Source of the DNA: Octopus vulgaris
Lineage: Eukaryota
Direction of reading: 5' to 3'
Assembly (NCBI GenBank): GCA_951406725.2
Contig: OX597814.1
Location: 144,088,001-144,152,000, forward strand
DNA: 64,000 bases
Position numbers and translations under genes: made by a program. Shown piece after piece: positions 26,221-40,110 of this stretch (within the stretch, counting starts at the first letter, position 1; the number at the start of each line of letters is the position of its first letter). The notes under the pieces were generated by a model. The model ran no database searches. It was not told the origin of the DNA and was given only the letters and a program-made list of their open reading frames with translations.

Positions 26221-26963
26221 ATGTGCGTGTGTGTATTTGTGTAAAGAGATGGAATGGCCAAAGGAGGCCTTGAATGTCTTTGACCATAGGTCAATTTGAT
26301 AAGGACTGACTTTAGATTAGATAATAACAGCATCGACGCCCACACGCTAAAATTAACAACTAAATCAAGGATAGCCAGATTGCATTGCAAGTAACATATT
26401 GCGTTACCATTTGGGCTGCACACTTTTACATGTTTTTTCTTTCTTAAGTAGGGCTTTCTAATTTTTTGGTTTACTTAAAATTTTGTAGGTGCTGTATAAC
26501 TACTTGTATGCTCCATAGCTCCTTATTCATTTGGCTAAAATAATATTTCCGGTGAATCAGTAAATTTTATACACTATAAAATATGTTTTATAATACGCTC
26601 AAGGTTTGAAAACAAAGCAGCCGTTGTACTATAATTTTTATGAATCGTGTAATTATACTGCCATATGAAACAAAATTATCGAACTCAGGATTTAGACACT
26701 GGCGTAGGCACTGTGAGTAGCCCTGCTTGACTAGAGTTTGCTTGTATGGATAAACTTCACCAGTATTGGCGTGACTGGTAATTATAAACAGATTTAAATG
26801 TTTAAAATAATTTGTCGTTTTAAAGATAATTTAAGAACAATAATGGAATATTTACTGATGGGATCACTCAATACATTAGTAGAGTCAAACTTTTAACATC
26901 TGAATTGTCTGTGACTTCAGGGTTTCATCTGACGGCTAAGTCCAGTCAGCTCGGATTTTACAA

Positions 26964-27135
26964 TGTGGCTGTGTGGTAAGTAGCTTGCTTACCAACCACA
27001 TAGTTCTGGGTTCAGTCCCACTGCGTGGCACCTTGGGCAAGTGTCTTCTACTATAGCCTCGGGCTGACCAAAGCCTTGTGAGTGGATTTGGTAGACGGAA
27101 ACTAAAAGAAGCCCGTCGTATATATATGTATATGC

Positions 27136-27224
<89 letters not shown>

Positions 27225-27422
27225 TGTGTCTGTGTTTGTCCCCCCCAACATCGCTTGACAACTGATGCTGGCGTGTTTACGTCTACGTAACTTAGCGGTT
27301 CGGCAAAAGCGACCGATAGAATAAGCACTAGGCTTACAAAGAATAAGACCTGGGGTCAATTTGCTCACTAAAGGCGGTGCTCCAGCATGGCCGCAGTCAA
27401 ATGACTGAAACAAGTAAAAGAG
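26964..27422 (+). mobile_element. SINE family B with internal (TA)n(TG)n
   Basis: Full head, CORE-like segment and tail as in 11071-11425. Confidence 0.9.
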
Positions 27423-28059
27423 TATCTAATGTTTTCACTATCCTCTTTTATTTAAGACGGTGAATTGAGGGATATTTTGCTACCATTTCTAGCACGACAT
27501 GCGACGAAATAGAAGCTCTGGCATAATAAAGTTAATCAGAATTTGTCATGAAAGTTAATCAGTGAAATGTAGTCTGAACAAACTATTTTAATCAATCTCG
27601 GTTATACCTAAATTATAACCAGTTATGAGCAAATGATCAAAATACGATGTAAAGAAAACTTCAAAAAATTTGACAAACTAATCCACAGTTTTAAAATTAG
27701 GCGAGAGAAAAATAATGCGGTAGCAATAAAGCTCTATGCAAATTGTGCAACAGTAGAATATGAGCTTAAAAAGCGTATTTAACAATGCTTATTTGTTGAA
27801 CAGTAATAAACTCAAATTCGTAACAAACTATTTAGACAGTTTTTCGCTTAGCCACTTAACAAAATTAGAACTACAATTAGCAGTAATTATAGCTCATCAT
27901 TTTGGAGAACTCATTAATATAGGAATTTCTTTCATCAATTAACTCTATAGAGCAAAATGCACAGTATTAACAAAAAGTTGTATTACTTATCCTTATTGGA
28001 AAAATATAAAACAACTTGATGGCTTAAGTATTAGTTCTTGATTTTGAATAAATTGATAT

Positions 28060-28647
28060 TGATTTCAAATTTTGGCACGAGGCCAGCAATTTCCGAGAAG
28101 TGGATAAGTCTGTTACACAGACCCTAGAGCACAACTTTTATTTATTTTATCCGATAGGATGAAAGGTAAAGTCGACCTCGGCAGAATTTGAACTCAGAGC
28201 GTAAAGACGGACGAAATACCGCAAAACGTTTTCCCGGCGTACTAACGATTCTTTTCTACTCTAGGCACAAGGCCCGAATTTTTCGGGGAGCGGGCCAGTC
28301 GATTAGATCGACCTCAGTATGCAACTGGTACTTAGTTTATCGATCCCGAAAGGATGAGAGGTAAAGTCGACCTCGGTGGAATTTGAACTCAGAAAGTAAA
28401 GACAGGCGAAATGCCTATTTCTTTACTACCCACAAGGGGCTAAACACAGAGAGGACAAACAAGGACAGACAAACGGATTAAGTCGATTATATCGACCCCA
28501 GTGCATAACTGGTACTTATTTAATTGACCCCCGAAAGGATGAAAGGCAAAGTCGACCTCGGCGGAATTTGAACTCAGAACGTAACGGCAGACGAAATGTT
28601 GCTAAGCATTTCGTCCGGCGTGCTAACGATTCTGCCAGCTCGCCGCC
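28060..28647 (-). mobile_element. SINE family A: two-module copy (28248-28647) abutting an older copy
   Basis: Two gtcgacctcgg.ggaatttgaactcag units at ~28365 and ~28550, separated by the cccacaaggggctaaacacag module. Confidence 0.9.
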
Positions 28648-29693
28648 GTAATGAGCAAATTGATATTGCCTGAGAGAAACGTCGACGGGTATCAGTGCGG
28701 GATGAGTGCGCGCGCGAGTGTATGTGCGCGCATGTGTTTGTGTGTGTGTGTATGTGTTAATATGTGTGCCATATATTGCAACAAACGCCAAAATAAAATT
28801 GAACGACAGTATTGGGGTTGAATTCCTGTTACAAAAACTAGTGTGGAAGCTGTTGCATGAAACCGTGTAAAAGTTCTTGGGTGAAGAGTAAGTCAATACC
28901 CAAATGAACATAGCTATTTCAACATCTCCAAACTTTCGTGACGTTAATTCTCTCGTCTCTTAATGAAATAAAATCATCTCATAAAAAGCATTGAACACTT
29001 TCTCCGTTAGGCAGGTTCACATGCCACTGAAGTACTGCTGTCTGTTATATGTTTAGAGAAACTTTAAACGAGTTCCTTAGATCAGTGCTATGAGAAGATT
29101 AATGAGAATGTTTTGCTTCTGAAATGCCTTAAATTGTAATTTTGTAAAAGAAATCTTCTAGATGTGAACAGTATTATGCAGGTAAATTGCATATGTTCTC
29201 ATATGCAACAAAAAACACTTAATAGATCTATATTAAGAGGATTTGATAGTAAAAAAAAAAAACATTCGTTTCCAAACACAAGTAGCGGTTTCCTGGTTGG
29301 TTTTAGGTCTGACATTCGGTGTTCGGTTGACTGTTGCTGACGATTGATGATGTGGTGAAATCACGTGATGGAACAGTATCGTCCGCTTGTGCTGGCGAAA
29401 TATCGTCAAGTGATATCAATGCATTTCAATATGCATGAAATATCCCATGAAATCATATCATATCATTTCGTCTGCCGTTCAAATTCCGCCGAGGTCGACT
29501 TTGCCTTTCATCCTTTCGGGGTCAATTAAATAAATCATATCATGTAGACGACAAATGTGTCGTCTACATGATATGATTTCATGGGATATTTACCACAGTC
29601 TATGGCGTTATAAACAATACATGCAAGTTAGTTTGGATACGTTGATATTCGTCACAAAGGCTGCTTCTATCGGTAATAGAAAATTTGTGTGCT

Positions 29694-29732
<39 letters not shown>

Positions 29733-31087
29733 ATGCGTGTTTATAAAAGTGCGCCTGCGTATGTGTGTGCGTGTGTGTATGCATGTGTATATATGTGTGT
29801 TAATGCGTGTGTTGTGTGTGTGCGCATATGTGTGAGTATGTGTGTGTGTGTACGTGTGTATTGTTTGCGTGTGTGTCTGTCTGTATGCGTGCATCCGTGT
29901 GTGTGTGTGCGTGTGTGCATGCATGTGTATAAAAGTACGTGTGCGTATGTGTGTGTATGCATGTGTATATATATATGTGTTAATACGTGTGTTGTGTGTG
30001 TGTGCGTGTGTTGTGTATGAGTGTGTACGTGCGTATCTGTGTGTGCATATGTGTGTACATGCGTGTGTGTATACGTGTATATTGTTTGCGTGTGTGTGTG
30101 TGTGTGTCTGTCTGTCTGTGTGGGTGATCCCGTGTGTGTGTGTGTGTGATGCATAATTTACTCCCAATATTTTGATTTTGAGTTACTTTCTCAACCATTC
30201 CATTCCATTCCATTGAAAATCTAATGCTACTTAATAGAAATTGAACTGGCAATCTTGAAAACTTCACATTGTATTCGGAAAAAAAAATCAGTTATCATCA
30301 CTAGCAAGCGAGCATGTGTTGCTAACGTACGATGCTTTGGATCATTGTCGTAAGTGCCTATGTACTCTCGAGCAGACATAGACCTCTCAACCACCCTTCC
30401 AACCCCTTGGCTGCTGAACATCGAGGATGTGACTTCTACAGCTTTAGCACTAAAGTGATAAAAGACACATTAACCCTGTGAATCTTAAAAATCATGTTTA
30501 TGTATTTAAGACAGAGGCCTGCTATTACAGTCAGACAAAATTATATACATATATATATATATATATATACATATGTATATCGTATCTTCTTTCCATGTGG
30601 TATTTAGTTTCTTTGTTTTCAAATTTTTAATTACTAGTTGCGGGTAATAATTGTCACCGTTATTTGTTTCCCACAAAAATATATTACTAAGTGATATTCT
30701 TTCGAACTTCGTAATCTTTTGGTGTCCATACCACTGATAGAGACTACGAAAATGTAAATTTTTACTGGGGTTGGTTTTATTGTTTACTGCTGCAATTTGA
30801 ATGCTTTGAAAGTGTCTTGCTAGTTGGGAAATATATACATTCATGTTAGTTCTCCGTTCTGTTATATTTTCAAGGCAGCTTCTTGTTGCTGGCGCCACCA
30901 GGAGGGATTCAATATTATGGTAAGGCGCGAAATTGCGTTTGACTCTCTGGCCGATAACTGATGAGGAGTTGGTGACCTTTTGACTCTTTTTCCGTTTGCT
31001 TGTGCATTTATTATATTTTTTAACTTAAAAATTATTAGAGCGCTACATGCCCTTGAGTGTGTGTGTGTGTGTGTGTGTCTCTCTCTC

Positions 31088-31166
<79 letters not shown>

Positions 31167-31184
31167 GTATGTGTGTGTGGGGGG

Positions 31185-31520
31185 GGAGGCACATGGCTCA
31201 GTGGTAGAGCGTGGAGCTTACGACCGTGAGGTTGTGAGCTCGAATCCCGGACCGGGCTGCGTGTTGTGTTCTTGAGCAAGACACTTTATTTCACGTTGCT
31301 CCAGTTCACTCAGCTGTAGAAATGAGTTGCGACGTCACAAGTGCCAAGCTGCATCGGCCCTTGCCTTTCCCTTGGATAACACTGGTGGCGTGGAGAGTGG
31401 AGGCCGGTATGCATGGGTGACTGCTGGTCTTCCATAAACAACCTTGCCCGGACTTGTGCCTGGGAGGATAACTTTTTAGGTGCAATCTCATGGTCTGTGT
31501 CGTAACCGAAGGGGGTCTCT
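31185..31520 (+). mobile_element. CORE-like tRNA-derived SINE (family C head, different tail)
   Basis: tggctcagtggtagagcg A box, gagctcgaatcc B box, gtgttcttgagcaagacactttatttcacgttgctccag CORE-like segment. Confidence 0.85.
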
Positions 31521-31521
31521 G

Positions 31522-31578
<57 letters not shown>

Positions 31579-32299
31579 CACGCATACCTACATACATACA
31601 TTCATACATACATATTTACATACTGACGCGTATTCTCCAAATCCAATTTAATAGTGAGGCAGTGAAGATTTGTAAGACATTCCAAAATTGTCCATCTAAG
31701 ATTCTTACGTGAATAGATGCACACACTTGTGTGTATGCATCAAGAGTTCAACCTATACACCAACAGAATCACATATTTACTAACACCGAGAACTCTCTTA
31801 ACTCAAAAAGGTCTTGTCACTGTGTTAGCGACCGGCTTGAACTCTCTTTAAGTAGAAATTAAATTAAACTGAAAGAAAAATCATACATATATGCATAAAA
31901 ATATAAATATAAATACATATATACACAATGCATACACTGTAGGCATAGGAAGTTATTGTTGTCTTGAATAATATAGCAGGCATAAATAACGGTTAACAAA
32001 GAAAAACCTTTGTAACTGAAGAACAAACTGAAAAATCAATTCACGCACGTTTAAGTATCTTTGGGTTAGAGAACAAACTTATATATGTTATATTCTTTTA
32101 TTTATTTATTTATTTTATCTATCTATATATTTATTTATTAATTTATTCATTTATGTATTACACACACATATATGATATGCTTGGTTTTATCCAAAATTGA
32201 AATTAAAAGCAGTTGAACATTAAATCGAAAGATCACCCTTGCAACTTCTTAGAGTAGCACACATATTTTCATACACGGAAAAGGTTGATAGTAACTTGG

Positions 32300-32740
32300 A
32301 AGTTTCGGCAGAATCGTTAGAGCAACGAAAAAATTGCTTTGCACTATTTGTTTAGGCTTTTTACATTAGAAGTTCAAAAACTGCTGAGGTCAACATTAGT
32401 TTTTCATGCTTTCAGGGTCGATATAACAAAGTATTATTCAAGTACTGCGGTCGGTGGTATAGACTAATCCAACTACACTTAAAATTTATAACCTTGTGCA
32501 TAAACCAGAGACCATTACAATTAAGGCGGGAGCATGTCAGAATCCTAAACACATCGGACAAAATCCTAAGCGGTATTTTTTCCGGCTTTATATTCTAAGT
32601 TAAAATTCCGTCGAGATTGACTTTGGTTTCCATCCTTTCAGGGTCGATGAAATAAGTACCATTTGAGCACTGGAGTCTAGGTGGTCGATAGCCTGACCTG
32701 CCTTAAAATTTCAGGCTTTGTGCCTATAGTAAAAAGATTA
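32300..32740 (+). mobile_element. Two tandem degenerate SINE family A copies
   Basis: ggcagaatcgttag heads and catcctttcagggtcgat-like cores at ~32305 and ~32524. Confidence 0.75.
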
Positions 32741-34261
32741 TCAATAATTACTAAGTGTATCAATTTTGCCTATGCAAAAGTTTGATCCCTTGGTTCAGTT
32801 GAGTCTCATGCTTGGTCATAACATCAGTTAATTCCTTTCAAAACTTACTTTTAACTGTAGCATTATTAGTGTTATTCACTCTAACTGTGGCCACTAGAAC
32901 GTAAAGAGTCGGAATAAATACTGAAAGGCATTTTTTCCGATACTTTAACGATTCTACAAAAAAAAAAACACTACTGCCCTTAATAATTTCTATAATAGGG
33001 AGAAGCTCAGCAGGACGAATGCCTCAGCATGTTCCTTCGACCAACCATGATCTGATGTGGAGGCTCTGAATTTGAGCCTGTGGTCATGCTGGTTTGATGA
33101 ATCTGCTCTGCCACACTGGCTCAACATGGATTGGCAGATTGATGCAGTTTTTATGCTCTTACACAGGAGTAGTTAAATTGATTACATAAACCCCAGTGCT
33201 CAACTGGTACACACACACACACATACATATGTATGTATTCATGTATGCATATGTGGGTCTGTTCATGTATGAGTAACCCATAATTTACAAATCTATTATA
33301 ATTGAAAAACGACCAAACATGGACAACTTTCTATGTTAGTTAACCGATTATATCTTATATGAATATTAACTAAAGTGTCTTTATTGTGCAGCCTCGTAGT
33401 AAAGTATACATTTAAGAAAGTATTAAAGTATATATTTCTAAGAAAATACACACGTTTGAGCTGGAGTTAAACATTTATGAGTATGCTAACATACTTGAAT
33501 ATACATATAGAAGAATAATAATTTACATGAATGTGTGTTACTTTACGCTTCCAAACTTCAAATATGCAAATAATTATAGATATAAATTTATGTATATAAG
33601 AACATTCATATGCAGACACACGTAATATTACTATACCTATGCATATATGTGCGCAGCTATGAGTGTATATGTATATATATATATATATATGATAAGGATA
33701 TATACATTTGTTTGTATGTAAATGTAGAATGCAGGAACATCTGTTGCTCTAAATGAGTTTATTTGTAAAATATATGATAATGTTTTTGTAATGTTTAAAT
33801 ATGAATAACCATGCAGTCTACTAGACGTAATATGAAACATGCTGGAAAAATAAAGCAGCCCGTTGCATATACATATGTGTGTGTGTGTTTGTGTTTGTAT
33901 ACTATGCATGTATGTGTGTATGTCTTTCCATCTATGTTTGCCCCCCCCCCCCAATAACCGCCTGACACTCAGTGTTGGTTTGTTTACGACCTCGTAACGT
34001 AGTGGTTCGACAAAGTTGACCGATAAAATAAGTGGCAGACTTTAAAAATAAGTACTTGTATCGATCTTTTGGACTAAAGCCCTTCAAGGCAGTATCCCAC
34101 CCTGTGCTACAATTCATTGACTGACACGAGTGAAAGATAAACGATATGGAAAAAAATCATGGGTTTTTCACACTCATCAAAGTATTCATTATTTAATTAT
34201 TGTAAGAGATGTTAATTTGTTGTTTAACATATGTGTAAAAAGGTTATTTTCGATAATAAAC

Positions 34262-35070
34262 ATTGGTTTCAAATTTTGGTACAAGGCCAGCAAGTTTGAG
34301 GGTGGGAGTAATTCGATTACATCAACCCTGACTCAGCTGGTATTTATTTTATCGAACCCGAAAGGATGAAAGTCGATATCGGTAGTATTTTAACTCAGAA
34401 CATAAAAACAAACGAAATGCTACTAATCATTTTTCCCGGCGTGCTAACGATTCTGCCTGCTCGCTACCTGTTTGGATAAGATATATTCTTTTCTACTCTA
34501 GACACAAAGCCCGAAATTTGGGGGGAGGGGGGCCAGTCGATTAGATCGATCCCAGTACAGGACAGGTCCTTAATTTATCGACACCGAAAGGATGAAAGGC
34601 AAAGTGGACCTCGGCGGAATTTTGACTCAGAACGTAACGGCTGATGAAATACCTATTTCTTTACTGCCCCACAAGGGGCTACACACAGAGGGGACAAACA
34701 AGGACAGACAAACGGACTAAGTCGATTATATCGACCCCAGTGCGTAACTGGTACTTATTTAATCGACCCCGAAAGGATGAAAAGCAAAGTGAACCTCGGC
34801 GGAATTTTAACTCAGAACGTAACGTCAGACGAAATACCTATATCTTTACTGCCCACAAAGGGGCTACACACAGAGGGGACAAACAAGGACAGACAAATGG
34901 ACTAAGTCGATTATATCGACCCCAGTGCGTAACTGGTACTTATTTAATCGACCCTGAAAAGATGAAAAGCAAAGTCGACCTCGGCGGAATTTGAACTCAG
35001 AATGCAACGGCAGACGAAATTCTGCTAAGCATTTCGCCCAGCGTGCTAATGTTTCTGCCAGCTCGCCGCC
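34262..35070 (-). mobile_element. SINE family A: three-module copy (34485-35070) next to an older monomer
   Basis: cctcggcggaatt..actcagaa units at ~34609, ~34794 and ~34979 (period ~185 bp). Confidence 0.9.
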
Positions 35071-35539
35071 TTAGTAAATAAATCATTCAACAATCATCCA
35101 GTTCTTTGCCATTTTCCTTCTTTATGATTATATAGGATCGTTATTTGCGTCAGTCTTTCCCTTATTCTCATAAATTTCATTAGTCCTGTTATTGCTTGGG
35201 AGTAGGGAGGAGTTATGAGTTACAGTATTCTATAGTTATTATTACTATGTTTGTAACTATCATTCGTATAAATATTCCCATCGCTATTGGTATATCTTGG
35301 TATTAATGATTGCGAAGGCTTTGCCTTTTGTTAGAGACTTGGAAAATATAGAGTTAACATCTCCACCTTAGCGAAGGCGGAGTTATTGTTTTCAGTTGTG
35401 TTTCCTGTCGATTGTCGGAAAGTACCAAATATTAATTAAAATACAATAAAATTGAATAAAAGCAAACCGATGTTTCTGTGTTAAATATACAAATCTCTTC
35501 CACTTACACAGAGATTTTTATACAGATATTTTATCTTTT

Positions 35540-35735
35540 GTCTTTTATATCTTTCACTTGCCTTAGTCATGAGATTGCCGCCAGGCTGGAGCACTGCCTT
35601 GAACACTTTTTAATCAAATAAATCGACACCAGCACTATTTTTCAATCCTGGTACTTATTCTATCGGAATCTTTTTGCCGGACCGCTAGATTACGAGGACG
35701 TAAACACACCAAGCAGTGGTGAGGGACAAACACAA
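35540..35735 (-). mobile_element. 3' half of SINE family B
   Basis: ggctggagcactgcctt..acttattctatcgg..ccgctag..gacgtaaacacacc. Confidence 0.7.
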
Positions 35736-35761
35736 ATATATATATATATATATATATATAA

Positions 35762-36472
35762 ACAAAATATGTGGGAAATTCTGTCTTTGGTTGTGTTTGT
35801 GGAGTTCTTAGCTAACACCTCCTACATCATTTTATCGATTTTGATGAAACTGGACACGTGAGTGGAACTTATGTCTGGAAACCTCATGGCGTACTCAGAT
35901 TGTTGAAAACATTGATAATAAGGCCCCTAGAAGGGATCCTTGTATATATATATATATAATATATTTTATTTTAAAAACCAAGAAAAATAACCCATTTATT
36001 TTCCTAAATTATTTGGTAAAAAGGAAATCGAGTGTGCTTGTTTCTTAGTATTTGAACTGTTAGAGTTATTTTCGCAATTTATCCAGTACAACCCTTAAAC
36101 AAGTAAATAGTATTTTTCTAAACAATAAAGCTGCTTATTTCAGTTAGTGACTTATTCACGAATATACCAACACTAGTGCCCCTGAAGGTAATATTCTCTG
36201 GGAACGCACAAAAGCCCTTTTCAGAGTTATTTACTTTGAATTATTATTATCTCATATCTGATTAGCCTGTTATTACTTAACATGCTTCACGATTTTAGTA
36301 TACATACCTTATTAGTATTTCCTCCTATGTTCTATATACTCTGGGAACGCATTAAAGCCATTTTCGGGGCTACATGCTTTGTATTGTTGTTATCGGATTA
36401 GTGAAACAATTATGAGAACAGAACCAAAGGATAAGCCCCGCTTTCCCGGGAATTACCGAGTACGTCAGCTAG
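35762..36472 (+). mobile_element. Non-autonomous Helitron-like element
   Basis: 3' end cccgggaattaccgagtacgtcagCTAG|T (short GC hairpin then CTAG before T); 5' part has cgattttgatgaaact; no TIR or TSD seen. Confidence 0.6.
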
Positions 36473-36488
36473 TATATATACATATATA

Positions 36489-36652
36489 GGCACAGGATTG
36501 GCTGTGTGGTAAGAAGCTTGCTTACAAACCACATGGTTCCGGGATCAGTCCCACTACATAGCACCTTGGGCAAGTGTCTTCTACTATAGCCCCGGGCTGA
36601 CCAAAACTTTGTTATTGGATTTGGGATACGGTATCTTAAGAAGCCCATCGTG

Positions 36653-36728
<76 letters not shown>

Positions 36729-37130
36729 TGTGTGTTTATGTATGTGTATGTCTTTGAATCTTTATTTGCCCCCACCCATCACCATCACTTGATAACCTAT
36801 TGAATAAGTATTAGGCTTACAAAGAATAAGTCCTGGGCCGATTTCTTCGACTAAAAAGCCTTTTAAGGCGGTGCTCCAGCTTGGCCGAGGTCAAATGACT
36901 GAAATAAGTGAGCGATATACTGTGCTTGTGAAGACCTGTCGGACCGAGTGAAATCGTAGTCGTGGCCGATTCCAGTACCTCCTGACTGGCACCCGTGCCG
37001 GTGGCACGTGAAAAACACCCACTATACTTGGTTGGCGTTGGGAAGGGCATCCAGCCATAGAAATCAAATCGGAACCTGTCAAACTATCCAATTCATGCCA
37101 GCATGGAAAGCGGACATTATATGATGATGA
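36489..37130 (+). mobile_element. SINE family B (36489-36910) followed by an RTE-related SINE 3' part (~36925-37130)
   Basis: Family B head and tail with (TG)n, then ggttggcgttgggaagggcatccagcc...catgccagcatggaaagcggac and a (tga)n tail. Confidence 0.8.
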
Positions 37131-37788
37131 TTATGCATGTGTGTATGTATGTATGTGTGTGCGTGTGTATAAGATGGACCTCTTTCAGTTCCTATCTGTC
37201 AAATCCATTCACAAGGCTTTGGTCGGCTCGAGACTATAGAAGATACTTGCCGAAGGTATCATGCAGTGGGACTGAACACGAAGCAAGTCTCTTACCACAC
37301 AGATACTAGACACATCCACAGATACTAGACACAGAGACTTTCATACATAATGTGTGTATGTGCGTTTGTGTATTAACAGAAAATACGAGAGAGGAAGTAG
37401 ATGAGGAAGTATATTACATATCACTAATCGGTATCTGTACAAATGCTGTTGTTTGGTGGTTGCTAGCTCGCAGAAAAAATGATACGCTACGTTATATGAA
37501 ATTAATCAATGTTACATCTGGAGTTAATTGATTGTTAAGCAGTACAATTGTTATTCATAACATATTTATTCCAAATATATGTTATCGATAACAATAGTAC
37601 GGTTCAATAATTAACTAATTACTGATATAACAAATTGATTAATTTCGTATAATGTCACATGGTATTTTAGCGTGAACAAGCAGCCAACAAGTAAAATTAA
37701 TAAAGATAATGATGATTGATATGTCAATATGATCTCACATTTTATTTATTTCTCTCATTCTCTCTTAACATTTACATATTCATAGTTG

Positions 37789-37843
<55 letters not shown>

Positions 37844-38256
37844 TAAGAGGAGGAATATGAATATCCAGGTAGATAACGCGTTACTCTCTGTAAAGTGCCA
37901 AGGCCGGTTTCTTTCGATGGTCCGTTTTAAGGTATATTTCCTAAAAGCTGGTATCCGATGTTACAGTTTATTTCCTGGCTACTTATAAAATCCTAATAAT
38001 AATAATAATGAGAACGAAGAATTTGAACATTCAGACATTCCCCTTGGTTTGTTCATAGTAATTGTTCGAAACACATTACTACGAATAAACCAAGTGGAAA
38101 GTCTGAATGTTCAAATTCTTCGTTTTCATTATTATTATTATCATTATTGTTATTATTATTATTAGGTAGTGGGAAATAAACTTTAACACAAAGACACACA
38201 CACGCGCGCATGCATAAGTACACATATTTCTATCTATCTGCCTATCTATCCATCTG

Positions 38257-38297
<41 letters not shown>

Positions 38298-38302
<5 letters not shown>

Positions 38303-38518
38303 TTTACTCTATTACTTGTTCCAGTCATTTGACTGTGGCCATGCTAGAGCACCGCCTTTTAGTCGAGCAAATCGACCCCAGGACTTATTCTTTGTTAGCC
38401 TAGTACTTATTCTATCGATCTTTTTGGCCGAACCGCTAAGTTACGGGAACGTAAACACACCAGCATCGGTTGTCAAGCTATGTGGCGGGGGGGGGGGGTC
38501 AAACACAGACACACAAAT

Positions 38519-38573
<55 letters not shown>

Positions 38574-38716
38574 CATATATACGACGGGCTTCTTTCAGTT
38601 TCTGTCTACCAAATCCACTCACCATGCTTTGGTCGGCCCAAGGTGCCACGCAGTGGGACTGAACACGGAACCGTGGGGTTGGTAAGCAAGCTACTTACCA
38701 CAGAGCCACTCCTACG

Positions 38717-38718
<2 letters not shown>
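38298..38718 (-). mobile_element. SINE family B
   Basis: Reverse complement of 11071-11425 with an internal (CA)n(TA)n. Confidence 0.9.
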
Positions 38719-38809
<91 letters not shown>

Positions 38810-39329
38810 GATATTCATCCACTCAGTCACTGTTTACATCAAAAGAATTCACTCACAAGCCATTATTGGGGCCAATATTATTGTAGAAGACTCTTGCGCC
38901 TATTGTACATTATCTTCAGGGCCTGGCGTTATAAAGAAAGTCATCCTCAAACTGGACACGTGGCCTGAATTCTTGCAACAGTTAGCGGCCCCTACGAACC
39001 AGGTTGTGTACGAAACTAAGAGATAGATTAAGTCTTTCACGCCAGAACTCAGGTTGAAAAGACCTACAACTAATGCAAAGATGATCGCCATTGATAGTTT
39101 AACAGTTCCATCGATCCACCATCCTTGATTTATACTTTATTTCAAAGACCCGGAAAAGACGACCTCTGGGGGAATTTCAGCTCAGAACGCAGTGTACCGA
39201 AACAAACACCATAAAGCAGAATTTCTTCCAAGCTTTGATCATTCGACTAATTGGCCAATACATAAGCTTAAATATTTCCATAAAATGTTACGTTTTTTTT
39301 ATTAATTTAGTAACCCATTGTAATCGATT

Positions 39330-40110
39330 CGAATTTTGGCGCAAGGCCATTAAATTTAGGGAAAGTGAGTTGATTACATTGACCCCAGTGCTCAACTGGT
39401 ATTTATTTTATCGACCCCGAAAGGAATAAAGGCTAAATCAACCTTGGCGGTCTTTGAACTTAGAGCATAACGAGTTAAAAGTAATGCCGTTAAGCATGCT
39501 AACAATTCTGCTAGCTCGGCGTGCTAACTAATCTGCTAGCTCACCGCCTGCTGGCGATCTATTATAATAATATTCGACTGCAATATGGACATAGAAGGTC
39601 AGAATTAAACTGAACCGCTCACAGGTAAAATTGCTATCAAGATCGACATATTGAGATAAAATAATCAACAATTAATTGTAATGAGTTACAATAGAGGGAG
39701 TGGTTGTAAACAAAATAAATGATATGAGATTATGTAGCATCATATAACATTGTCAAGACTATTGGAGCCATAAATGAACTTAACTGGATTCAAGCGGTAA
39801 TGAAAACCAGTTTGTAAACCCTGCATTATCGTGCTTTTTTCACATTGATTTGCGCTTTACAGTCCCCTTTCATGAAATTCGTCTTTATAATATTGGCTTC
39901 CAATTTTATTTCACAAGGTCAGCAACTTCAGGATAGGAGGTAAGTCGATTACATCGACTCCAGTACTCAATTGGTACATATTTTATCGATCTCGAAAGGG
40001 GTAAAAAAGTAAAGTTAACTTCGACAGGATTTGAACTCAGAACCTGCACACGTACGAAATGCCGTTAATCATTTTGCCCAGCATGCAAACGATTCTGCCA
40101 GCTCACCACC
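39330..40110 (-). mobile_element. Two degenerate SINE family A copies (~39330-39550, ~39895-40110)
   Basis: ttttatcgaccccgaaagga core and gattctgccagctcacc head, both on minus. Confidence 0.75.

Noticed and set aside
31185-31260. tRNA gene-like sequences (also 990, 11071, 41151)
   Set aside because: A/B boxes run into SINE bodies and the acceptor stems are incomplete.
34485-35070. Regularly spaced repeats resembling a CRISPR array
   Set aside because: The intervening sequences are themselves repeated, the unit is a SINE module, and the context is eukaryotic with no cas genes.
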